A stretch of 64,000 nucleotides of DNA. Source: Heterodontus francisci (lineage: Eukaryota). This document shows positions 25,960-37,569 of the stretch, one piece after another. A program made the position numbers and the translations under genes. The notes under the pieces are model-generated. The model saw only the letters and a program-made list of their open reading frames with translations, was not told the DNA's origin and searched no databases. Within the stretch, counting starts at the first letter, position 1. Each line of letters begins with the position of its first letter. Location: positions 180,087,800 through 180,151,799 of the forward strand of contig NC_090372.1 in NCBI RefSeq assembly GCF_036365525.1, read 5' to 3'.

Positions 25960-26757
25960 TGAAGCAATTGGTCTTGATCCCCACTCCAAACTCCGTTCCC
26001 TAGCTACTGACTCCATTCCTCCCCCTGGCAATAATCTGAGATTAAGTCTGTCTTTTCACAACCTTGGTGTCAGATTTGACCCCGAGATGAGTTTCCAAAT
26101 TCATATTCGTGTCATCACTAAGACCACCTATTTCCAACTTTGTAACATCGCCCTACTTCACCCCTGTCTCAGCTCATCTACTGCTGAAATCTGCATTCAT
26201 GCCTTCATTACCTCTCGACTTGACTATTCCAACGCACTCCTGGCTGGCCTCCCACATTCTACTCTCCGTAAACTTGCGGTCATCCAAAACTCTGCTGCCC
26301 GTGTCTTAACTCGCACCAAGTCCCGTTCACCTCTCACCCCTGTGCTCGCTGACCTCTAATGGCTCCCAGTAAAGCAACATCTTGATTTTAAAATTCTCAT
26401 CCTTGTTTTCAAATCCCTCCATGGCCTCACCCCTCCCTGACTCTGTAATCTCCAGCCCTTACAACCCTCCAAGATATCTGCGCTCCTCTAATTCTGGCCT
26501 CTTGTGCATTCCATTGGTGACCATGCCTTCAGTTGCTGAGGCCCCAAACTTTGGAGTATCCTCCCTACACCTTTCCACCTCACTTTCCTCCTTTAAGACA
26601 TGCCTTAAAACCTAGCTGTTGTAGCTTTTGTTCATCTGAGCTAATATCTCCTTTGTGGGTCAGTGTCATAATCTGTTTATAATGCTTCTGTAAAGTGCCT
26701 TGGGATGTTTCATTACGTTAAAGGTGCTATATAAAAATAAGTTGTTGCTGTTGTTAT
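25960..26757 (+). mobile_element. L2 3' fragment
   Basis: IHAFITSRLDYSNALLAGLP..KLAVIQNSAARVLT (ORF 26087..26359). Confidence 0.9.
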
Positions 26758-26769
26758 TGAGATGCTGGT

Positions 26770-26930
26770 GGAACAAGTTTGTACGAGGAGGAAAATTCCA
26801 TGGTTGGTGGATGCCAAGGCAGGTTGGTAATCTTGCACAAGATATCAGGTGAGCAGATTTATTTCCAACATCTGCCTGCAGTGCAGAAAGAAATTTAATG
26901 ATCTCACCAGGAGTGCCAAGGTAAAACTCC
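26770..26930 (+). mobile_element. Harbinger Myb/SANT exon fragment
   Basis: CRKKFNDLTRSAK followed by a GT donor; homologous to 22650-22700. Confidence 0.55.
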
Positions 26931-29900
26931 CCTGCATATCTCTCATATTTTCTACACAGCCCTGCAGAAACATTTCTTTGTCCCCACAGTATCAATACTT
27001 CCTTTCCCCGCATCCCACGATTGTCCATAAGTCCTCTGTGCAGCATCTCTTTTCTGCTCTCAGTTCAAAAATTGCTACTACCCTCACAACTACTCCTCCC
27101 TTTTGGCTACATTCTTCCTTTTATCTCGCACACTATGACAAGCTGGCTCATACATGGCGAGGGTTGAAACACATGCAATCTAGCAAGAAACTGCATTTAT
27201 TTACCTAATCCATAAAATACGTTATATAAATTGTATAGCTAAACTTTATATTAAATTTATCATGTATTGTATTTATGACATTATTTGAATTCATATGGTC
27301 AATGCTTCCATTTGTTACTGCAAATTTCACTTCTTTTTGATACATTGCCTGAATTTATAAGTAAATAGATTTTGTACTTACTTTAGCTTTAATATAGGCA
27401 TTATTAGTGGATTGATTTCTCAAGATATGAATGTGATTAAGCCCATGTACAAATACTTTTTTCTACACATAATCACAGTTTTGTAGATTAAATAATTATT
27501 TGAAAGATGTCTTATGTTTTGTCAAATTCCTTCTGAACTGTTAGATAAACATGACTTCTAATCTGTGTAAAATAAAGTCTGAAGAATAGGATTCTACAAC
27601 TCTGGTGACTTTGGCTATTATGGCAATATTTAAGCTTGGAAAAAACCTTATTAGGAAATGATCTCCTGATTGGTCCCTTTTGTAAACATGGACATGTCAT
27701 GGACAATTTAATAATAATTCTACAACAGTGTTCACTGTCATTAAGCCCAACTAGTTAACGTAAATATTATCATGTCAGCTATTAGAAAAAACAATAAGGG
27801 TTAGAAAGGTATCCTGCGCACACAAAATCAGGACTCAGCTTTACTTGGAAATGGGTACTCACTTATTCACCCATATCTGTTACCCTGTCAATTTGCTTCA
27901 AACAAATACTAGGACGGTGCCACAGTATTATTTTGGGTTTGATATTGCTGAGAACTGTCTTAGCCAAGTTGTACCAGCAGCATATTTCTTTTTTTTTTTT
28001 GTTTCCCTTGGCCCACACATAACTTCCTTTAGCTATGAAATCTGCTTCAATGATTCATCGAAATATAATTTTGCAATAGCATTTCCAAAACAGATGGGGA
28101 AAATATTTGAACCAACAGGGTAATATCAAAGTGATAAAGTGCTAATGGTAGAGAATACATTTCATTAGGAAAGAATTTCCATGACCTGTGTTTTAATGTT
28201 GTATTTGGTCTTTTTGATCAAGGGCTATTTTACATGCAGTCACTGGGGAAAACTGGTACTTTTGTCTGGTGAAAATGGGAAGCATCAAAGCTGACCTGTG
28301 TAGGCCTATAGGTCTTCAAAGGAGCTTTTGGGATGATTTCCATGCTAATAGGGATCGTGAGTGGCTTTGAAAATTGATTTTTTCTTTCTTTCCTGCGAGG
28401 CGGAATTTTTAATTCAATTGATTTTCTGCCTTTTTCACACTGAAGCCTCTCCATGACTAATATCTTTCCTAGCCGAGGGTCCAGACTGAAAACTTGCCCA
28501 AGGGCCTGTGCCTCTTCACAGTTAACAACTGAGGTATGTGTGCAAGAGGCCTGAAGTGACTAGGACTTTGATTTTACATCCTCCCGGTGAGGAAGTACCA
28601 GTGTTTCCTCATGATAGCATGTGAGAGATCAAGTTCACAGTGTGGATAACTGCGATCACTGTGTGAGAAACTGCAAGCACAAACTTCCATTCTATCTCAC
28701 TGCACTGTATGTTACAGTAACAATGGGAAAATTAGGATCTGAAGTATCAAAATACCACAAGTCAAAATTCCTTGCCAATGGAGGTTTGAGTTAATTTCTG
28801 TGCAAAATTAATTTCAGATCTATTCCCTTGTATTATCAATTTATTTCTACCCCTCCTCTCCAAGGCAGTTTAGTAGAAAAATCCCATGCAACCATTAATA
28901 GGAAGAGTGAAATATGTTTGTGACACATATCTGCTGCTTAGCAGTGATGCAATGAGAAGAAAATCTTCTTCATGATGTTCCCTTATATGAATTTTGCCTT
29001 TGAAGGAGTTTGGAATATTGCCTAGTTAGTCTGCTTCATCTTTAAAATATACTTATGGTGTAAACAAACAGTAAAAATCCCTGCTTCATAAGTAAATTCT
29101 TGGTTATATAAAACAGAACTACAAAGTTACTTTGTGGAAAAGTGGAATGTTTAGCAACTTCTATAATTTGCCATAAGGAGTGATGTTTTGCACTATTAGG
29201 TGTTAGATGAACTACAAAAATATTAGCAGTTGCTAAAATCTCATGGAGAATTTAATCAGCAGGAAAGGAGTGAGAAGCAGTTAAAATGCAATGGAGCGTG
29301 CAATAATCCCGCCGATTCCTCATTTTAACAGCACCGGTGGCAGATGAGGCTCCAACTGGACTTCAGCAGGGGCTTCATTAATAAATACAAATAGGGTTCC
29401 CATGACATCCATTTCACCCTGATGGTATTTTAACCCACTCCAAAGCCAGCAACTGCCTGGGCCACCCTACCAGGGACTGTTAGGAAGCCGGCGAAGCCTT
29501 CTGAGGTAAGTTTTAAAACCTTCTCCCCAAGTCCATTGACAGCCTTGGTAGGGTTAACATGGAGACTCTGTAGGATTGGAGCAAGAAATGGAAACTCTCC
29601 ATTTTAAATCCTGCATTATTCAATGCCCCCCCTCCCACCCTTTCCCCAATCGTGAGAGATAAAATTTCCCCAGTAATAATTAATGTACAACTGCAGGCAC
29701 AGGTTTCCACATGTGCAGGTGCTATATAAATGCAATTTAATTCTATTTTTTTCCAATTCACTTTAGGCTGCTCTACATTGTTAAAAGGCCCCCTCTAATT
29801 TTGCTGGAGAGGACAGCATTGGACTCCACCTCAAGACCTGCCCTATGTTGTGCACTTTAGAAAACCTTTGCGATATCTTCATGTATTGTGTGTCAGCAAG

Positions 29901-30454
29901 TGTCCATTCCTCACCTAAACTACCTGTATCATCCATCAAGCCAGGGGTCCAACCCTGGTTCAATGAAGGATGCAGGAGGGCATGCCAGGAGCAGCACCAG
30001 GCATACCCAAAAATGAGGTGTTAGCCTGGTGAAGCTGCAACACAGGACTACTTCCATACCAAACAGCAGAAACAGCATGCGACAGACAGGGCTAAACAAT
30101 CCCACAACCAACGGATCAGATGTAAGCTCTGCAGTCCAGTCACATCCAGTCATGAATGGTGGTGGACAATTAAACAATTAACAGGAGGAGGAGGCTCCAC
30201 AAATATCCCCATCCTCAATGATGGGGGAGCCCAGCACATCAGTGCAAAAGACAAGGCTGAAGCATTTGCATCCATCTTCAGCCAGAAGTGCCGAGTGGAT
30301 GATCCATCTTGGCCTCCTCCTGAGGTCCCCAGCATCACAGATGCCAGTCTTCAGCCAATCCGATTCACTCCACTTGATATCAAGAAACAGCTGACGGAAT
30401 TGGATACTGCAAAGGCTATGGGCCCTGACAACATTCCAGCAATAGTCCCGAAGA

Positions 30455-31582
30455 TAAAAACTAGAAATGCTGGAAATACTCAGCAGGTCTGGCAGCATCT
30501 GTCGAGAGAGAAGCAGAGTTAACGTTTCAGGTCAGTGACCCTTCATCAGAACTGGCAAAGGTTAGAAATGTAATAGGTTTTAAGCAAGTAAAGCGGGGGT
30601 GGGGCAAGAGATAACAAAAGGCAAGGTGTTGATAGGACAGGGTCACAGAGAATAACTGACCAAAAGGTCATGCAGCAAAGGCAAACGGTATGTTAATGGT
30701 CTGTTGAAAGTCAAAACGTTAGTGCAGAGAGGATGTTAATGGACAGAAAAATGAACAGCCCTGGCCCAAAGCACAAACATGAAAAAAACAGTGGGAAGGC
30801 ACATGGTAAGAAAAATGAATGATGAAACAAACTAAACTAAAATAAAAGAAAAAGAAAAAAGAAAAAATAACCGAAAATAAAAAGGGGGGGCCCATCATGC
30901 TCTGAAATTATTGAACTCAATCTTCAATTAGGCTGTAGCATGCCTAAATCAGTAAATGAGATGCTGTTCCTCGAGCTTGCGTTGATGTTCACTGTAACAC
31001 TGCAGCAATCCCAGGACAGATATGTGGGCATGAGAGCAGGGGGGGATGTTGAAATGGCAAGCAACCAGAAGCTCGGGGTCCTGCTTGCGGACTGATTGGA
31101 GGTGTTCCGCAAAGCGGTCACCCAGTCTGCGTTTGGTCTCCCCAATGTAGAGGAGACCACATTGTGAGCAGCGAACACAGTATGCTAAGTTGAAAGAAGT
31201 ACAAGTAAATCGCTACTTCACCTAAAAGGAGTGTTTGGGGCCTTGGATAGTGAGGAGAGAGGAGGTAAAAATGCAGGTATTACACCTCCTGCGATTGCAT
31301 GGGAAGGTGACGAGGTGTTGGGGGTAATGGAGGAGTGGATCAGGGTGTCACCGAGGGAACGATCCCTTCGGAATGCTGACAGGGGAGGGGAAGATGCGTT
31401 TGGTAGTGGCATCACACTGGAGGTGGCGGAAATGGCGGAGGATGATCCTTTGGATGTGGAGGCTGGTGGGGTGGAAAGTGAGGACATGGGGAACCCTGTC
31501 ACGGTTCTGGGTGGAAGGGGTGAGGGTAGAAGTGCAGGTAATGGGCCGGACACGGTTGAGAGCCCTTGCGGGAAATGGGCTG
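30455..31582 (-). mobile_element. Penelope-like element 3' portion (GIY-YIG endonuclease and terminal repeat)
   Basis: Minus strand ~31090-31200 encodes NLAYCVRCSQCGLLYIGETKRRLGDRFAEHL. GAAGA is present at both junctions (30450-30454 and 31583-31587). Confidence 0.88.
30517..30553 (-). ncRNA. Minimal type I hammerhead ribozyme motif in the Penelope terminal repeat
   Basis: Minus strand AGTT-CTGATGA-AGGGTCACTGACCT-GAAAC-GTT-AACT: conserved core boxes, stem II hairpin, palindromic ACGT stem III and AGTT/AACT stem I. Confidence 0.75.
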
Positions 31583-33509
31583 GAAGACTTGTACTGCAAA
31601 ACTAGTTGCGCCCCTAGCAAAGATGTTCCAGTACAGCTACAACGCTGGCATCTACCCAGTAATGTGGAAAATTGCCCAGGTATGTCCTGCACACAAAAAA
31701 CAGGACACAGTCAACACGGCCAATTACTGCCCTATCAGTCTACTCTCCATCAGCACAGTGATGGAAGGAGTAGTCGACAGTGCTATCAAGTGGCTTTGCT
31801 CAGCAATAATCTGCTCACTGACGCAGTTTGAGTTTCGCGAGGGCCACTCAGCTCCAGACCCCATTACAGCCTTGGTCCAAACATGGGCAAAAGAGTTGAA
31901 CTCAAGAGGTGAGGTGAGAGTGACTGCCCTTGACATGAAGGCAGCATTTGACCGAGTATGGCATCAAGGAGCCCTAGCAAAACTGGAGTCAATGGGAATC
32001 GGGGGAAAACTCTGGTTGGAGTCATACCTATCACAAAGGAAGACAGCTGTGGTTGTTGGAAGTCAATCATCTCAATCCTAGGAAATCACTGCAGGAGTTC
32101 CTCAGGGTAGCGTTGTAGGTCCAACCATCTTCAGCTGCTTCATCAATGACCTTCCCTCCATCATAAGATCAGAAGTGAGGATATTCGCTGATAATTACAC
32201 AATGATCAGCACCATTCGCAATTCCTCAGATACTGAAGCACCCGTGTCCAGATGCAGCAAGACCTGGACAACATCCAGGCTTGAGCTGATAAGTGACAAG
32301 TAACATTTGTGCCACACAAGTGCTAGGCAATGACCATCTCAAACAAGAGAGAATTTAACCATCTCCCCATGACATTCAAAGTGTCAGGGTGTATGACGAA
32401 ATGGGCAAATTTCCATTCACAGTCCGTCCTGTTGATAGTCTCAGTGTAGGATCTGTGGGTTAGAAATTAGTTCTTGGGCTCAGACACGGCGCTACGCGAG
32501 TAGCATGCATCCATACCATGAGTCCCAAGGCTGACCCAAAAAGTTCGGCCACAGGCTTCACCTAAATATTTTCAATGAGCTGACAGTGCCTCCGCAGGCA
32601 TCTCACCTTTCTGTCAGACTGAATTTAGGGCCACTTGTTTCGCTGACCCTCAGGTCCTGGGAGAGGGGGAGAGGACAGCAGGAGGTAGGAGTGCTGATTG
32701 TGGCCTGCAGCAGCTGGCAGAAGTATGTTTTTTTTTTACTTATCGTTCAGTGGTGGCCACGAGCTAGTCCACATACACATGCAGAAAACACGAGCGGAAC
32801 AGCTTTGAGGGTCCTTCAATAGGTGAGGTCCTTCATTAACATATACTGGGGGTCCAATGCCTCTTTCAGACATCCACCCAGGATGCTTAAAAAAAAAGGC
32901 CGCACGAATTTAGCAGTAGGAATTATGCCTGCGTGGATTTTTGCAGAGGCTGCCCCGCTGCTAAATTTTTACACTTTCTCAGGTGTAAAATGGGCACAAT
33001 GTATACCAATTTCTACCCTTGTCTCTTAGTGCTTCATTTCTTGCTTCCAGCTCTGTGGATAAAAAAAGGCAAGAAATCCACCATGTTTCCTGCTATCCAC
33101 TTCTTTTTTACTGTTCTGCTCACAAAGATTTCTTCGGAGAGAGCCACTGTCGGAAAATAATTCTTTTATTGATTTTCGAACATTAGCACTTATTCTGGAT
33201 GCAGGCTCTCCCATATCTCCTTCCCCTAATATCTCACCTCAATGGGATTCCAATTTCTCTATGGCCTCATGCTCCTGCTAGGTCGACCAATTCTCCTCTT
33301 GTAGCTTGTCGTTTGCTGGAATCATATGCAATTCTTTCCTGCGTGTAAACAGAATACTTGTTACGTTCAGGCACAGACTGTTTTATTTGAGAACTAATGG
33401 AGGGCTCTTATCAGAGCTATTATGAAGTTCCCATAGATACAATGATTCTTTGAAAGGAATGCAGGCAATACAGGATTCTCCAGTCGCATAATTTAATTCT
33501 GGTAGCAGA

Positions 33510-34255
33510 TGTGGTTTACTGGTAGCACTGAGTCAAAAGGTCAAGAGTTCAAGTCTCACTCCAGAAACTCGTACACATAATCTAGACTGACACTCCAGGG
33601 TAGTAATGAGGGTGTGTTGCACTGTTGTCTTTCAGATGAGATGTTAACCTGAGAACCCATCAGCCTCAAGTGGAGGTAAAAGAACCCATAGCATTACTCA
33701 AAGAAGATCAGTGTCCTTTTTTATTTATTTATTTTTTATTTAGAGATATAGCACTGAAACAGGCCCTTCGGCCCACCGAGTCTGTGCCGACCATCAACCA
33801 CCCATTTATACTAATCCTACACTAATTCCATATTCCTACCACATCCTCACCTGTCCCTATATTTCCCTACCACCCACCTATACTAGGGCCAATTGCTAAT
33901 GGCCAATTTACCTATCAACCTGCAAGTCTTTGGCATGTGGGAGGAAACCGGAGCACCCGGAGGAAACCCACGCAGAAACAGGGAGAACTTGCAAACTCCA
34001 CACAGGCAGTACCCAGAATTGAACCCAGGTCACTGGAGCTGTGAGGCTGCGGTGCTAACCACTGCGCCACTGTGCCGTCCTGGCAACATTTATTTCCTCA
34101 ACCAACACCTAAAACAGATGATCTGGTCATTTATTTCATTACGGCATGTAGGACTCTGTGCAAATTGGTGACCACGTTTTCCTACAACTTTGGCAAAAGT
34201 ACTTTGGGACATCCTGAAGTCAAGAAAGGCGCTATATAAATGCAAGTTCTTTCTT
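33510..34255 (+). mobile_element. Deu-domain SINE interrupted by an HE1 SINE
   Basis: GAGTTCAAGTC B box and TTCAGATGAGATGTTAA core; sequence resumes at ~34081 (TGGCAACATTTAT..CAACCAACA) and ends GGCGCTATATAAATGCAAGT. Confidence 0.75.
33718..34078 (-). mobile_element. Full-length HE1/V-type SINE
   Basis: Near-identical to 18921-19270; GTCCT lies at both junctions. Confidence 0.93.
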
Positions 34256-36603
34256 TTGTCTTCCATAGGAAGGAGTCATTTAGTTCATAGGATTATACCA
34301 TTGTGGGCCCTGCGATTCTATGAGGCTACCATCTGTGATTCATCATAAGTCTGGAAATTCCAGAGAAATGGTATGAATGGTTAAAAACAGTCATTAAAGA
34401 TCTTCCTCTACTGCAGTATGGCCCTGGTGGAGTTTAGGCAGTTGTTACTCACTACACATGCCAGTTCCTTCCACAGGGTTGTGCCTGCAATTATGGCTGG
34501 TCTATTGCCATCTATGCTCACTATTGGAACCCTCCTGTGCCTAATTTCAGTCAGAAGAATATTTACATCACTCGCTGAAAAGCTGCACTGCTTTTAGTTG
34601 TTTCCATTGGTGCACCTTGTTGCCTGTTGATTGTGCTTTAAATTCAGGCCAGTTTTCAGATCTGCAGCTGTACCCCAACGACAACTTTCCCTGCATAAGT
34701 GATCTGGGACTCCGGGTACAACACACCAATTGCTGGCAGATACCCGCTTTTGACCTGTCCAGCTATATTAAAACTAGGGGACCCCACATTTTCTGGCAGG
34801 CTCAATAGCAAGGCCTTTGGGTGGGTGGGTCGAAGTCCTGCCCCCTCTTCCAACCGTTTAAAGCAGCAGATCTCAGGACTTCAAATGTTGGGGTCAAAAT
34901 CTGTACCCCTGATTCATCATGACAACTATGATGCCGATCTTTGATTACATATTCAAAATCATGTTGGGAGTGAGAGCCAACTACAATGCTCTTGGGAAAG
35001 AAGGCAACCCAGAGGAAGTGTATTTGTAAACTATTCTTGTGTACTGCCTAGCAACTAGTCCCAGAGCAGCATAAGGATAGGCCTGAGAGAAAGTGATGCA
35101 GACACCTCTGTCAGGGATGGATTCAGGAGCCCTGAAAAGCAAGAATCTCACAACACAATAGGAAACAAAAAAAATACTTTTTGAGTGTGTACCTACTATT
35201 ATACGAATTACTTTCAAGGCTAGGATCTTAACCAGTTGAGATAACCAATTTTCCGGAACAAAGAAAACAGCTTGTAATACCCCTAGGCTCCCAGTGCTGT
35301 GGAATGCGCATTTGTTTTAACTTCTGGGACTGTTTTTCAACTTAATATGATAAAATCCAAACAAATGAAAACAAGATGGTTTGACGTTGTACCAAAGATA
35401 AAATCTTGTAGGAAAACAACTTTATTTCTGTTTTTCTTAAATTTGGTAAAACCAAATGCTTATTGGCATTCTAATCCAAATTTGATAAAAAATCTTTTTC
35501 CTGGCATTTTCAGATTAGGGTGGACATTATCCTCTTAATCGTTCTCTGGCTTAGATAGTAAAATCTGTATTTCCATCTAACAAGGATATGATTCTCCAAG
35601 CTCACACTGGTTCTCTGACAGCCAGTACAAGGGCTATTTCTTTTCTTGCAGTAACTACAAGATTGATCAGTTGCCCTACCCAATAAAGTTATTTTACTTG
35701 CCTGTGTGCTATCTTTCTCCTTACATGTATTTTTCAAAAAAAAATTCTCATAATAAATCTTAGTAAATGTTGTTCCTTGTAAGGTGAACAATGACAGTGG
35801 TGGGAATTTTTCCCAGTTTTGCATTCAGGTCAGGTAAAGTGTAGGTTTGATGTAGAACAATGCTAGCTCCACTTGGTCCCACATCTCAGAGCACTCCTTG
35901 CTGTAATGCACTGATATATCCATTTCTCACTTCAGCCACTCTCTAATTGGTAATTGTACAAACAATACGGCTGTGAATGACAGCACTATAAGGTAAATCA
36001 TGTTTACCCCTAGAATTGGCGAGGTACACCCAAAGAGGTGGGTTTTTGCTGTTGCTACTGGGAGCATCATTATCAGTGCTTCCTATAGTGGCACGAACCA
36101 CATTATTTCTGGCTGTGGCAATGTGAGCACTCAGTCCGTCTAAATAGGCCACCAGTGTTTTCCAATCATTGACCTTAAGGACCTTCCGCAGCCATCAGGG
36201 TAGTTCCAAACTGGTAGTTACAAAGTTGCTACATTATTCCAACGTTTTAGTACCTGTAAATGAGGCAGATTGCACGGCATTGGGAACCTAGGGATTTTTA
36301 CAAGTTGCTTTCTTTGGAAGAGATAGTATAAGATAAACACAACATGAGTAGGGTTGCCCAAGTTAGTCAACATTGTGCAGTTTTGGGCAGTGACTAGGAA
36401 CTGGCTTGGACTGTTTACACTTACCAAAGTTATTCGAATGCAGCTGGCAGGAGCAATAACTGCAGTGTTCTAACCGATCATCAAGCTGTTATTAAAGCCT
36501 TAGCTCAGATTTCTGAAATGCTACATACATAAATAAAGCACACTGGAGCATTGAACTAGATGAATATAAAATTAACAAACTTCAAGCAAGACTGGAGATG
36601 AAA

Positions 36604-36673
36604 GAAAAACAGAAAAGGCTGGAAATACTCAGCAGGTCTGGCAGCATCTGTGGAGAGAGAAGCAGAGTTAACA
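36604..36673 (-). mobile_element. Penelope terminal-repeat fragment, cut off by a MITE
   Basis: Matches 30455-30523 and stops at GTTAAC, just before the hammerhead core. Confidence 0.75.
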
Positions 36674-37385
36674 GGCTGAATTCTACAGCAACCCCCGCCC
36701 CACCCCCCCAACTTCGGGGGCCGTGGCCGGGGCGGTGTCTGGAAAATGCCTCCAGCATAGGCCTGCCACAGGCCTCGACGCCCGATATTGCCGGCAGTGG
36801 CGAGGCCTCGTGATGGCCCCCTGCCTCTCGGTGATGGGAGCCCCATTTCAACATTTAAATTTATTTAAATAAATGAATTGATTACTTACCTGCTCCCGCT
36901 GTCCGTCCCGTTCGGGGATCTGAGGCGGAACACTGGTGGGGAGAGGGGTGCAGGTATGTTTTTCAGTGCGGGGGTCGGGGGTGGGGAGCGGGGTCAAACT
37001 TATCTGATTGGTGTAGGGGATGGTGGGAAGGGGTAATGTTTAAAATTTATGAATTTTTGGGGTAGGGAAAGTCAGGTGGCAGGGGAAGTGTTTTGGTGGG
37101 AGAGAGGGCAAGTGATGTATTGCATGATTATTGGGGGGGGGGGGGCGTGGGAGTGCAGCAAATTAAATGTTTGTAAAATTTTTCATTACCTTTCTTTAAA
37201 TATTTAAATTAAATGGACTCGCTTGAAGCCCTTTAAAAATGGTGTCAGCACCTGTGTGAAGGCTGCTGACGCCATTGCCAGGGACGGACCGCAGGCCCCC
37301 TTCACATCATCTGGGGGAGGCGGGGGGGGGGGGGGGGGAACAGTCTGCTCTAGCCACTTAAATGAGCCGCCGCGTTTAATACCGT
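36674..37385. mobile_element. GC-rich MITE-like element
   Basis: Begins GGCTGAATTCTAC, similar to the TIR of 59693-60422; right end unclear. Confidence 0.45.
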
Positions 37386-37569
37386 TAACATCAGAATGGG
37401 ATGAAAAAAATCATTGCAGATCATAACATCGCCACTCTCTATCCCGGCCTCAGATCATCTGCTACTGAAACCCTCATCTATGCCTAAGTTACCTCTAGAT
37501 TCGACTATTCCAGGCTCTCCTGGCTGGCTTCCCACCTTGCACCTTCCATAAACTTGAGTGCATCTAAAA

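Larger units (their letters stand above)
29930..32380 (+). mobile_element. CR1/L2-group LINE (family 2) RT region, split by a Penelope-like insertion
   Basis: KAMGPDNIP, then NYCPISLLS, ALDMKAAFDRVWH, GVPQGS and FADN after the insert. Confidence 0.9.

Noticed and set aside
28033-28119. ABCA-family extracellular-domain exon
   Set aside because: Only a vague resemblance; no transmembrane or nucleotide-binding exons were found to support it.
36426-36486. Possible minus-strand exon LDDRLEHCSYCSCQLHSNNF
   Set aside because: Good donor but a weak acceptor, and no compatible partner exons were found.
37313-37338. Poly-G tracts (also 24620-24651 and 37134-37146) as functional G-quadruplexes
   Set aside because: They are simple runs inside transposon relics with no evidence of function.
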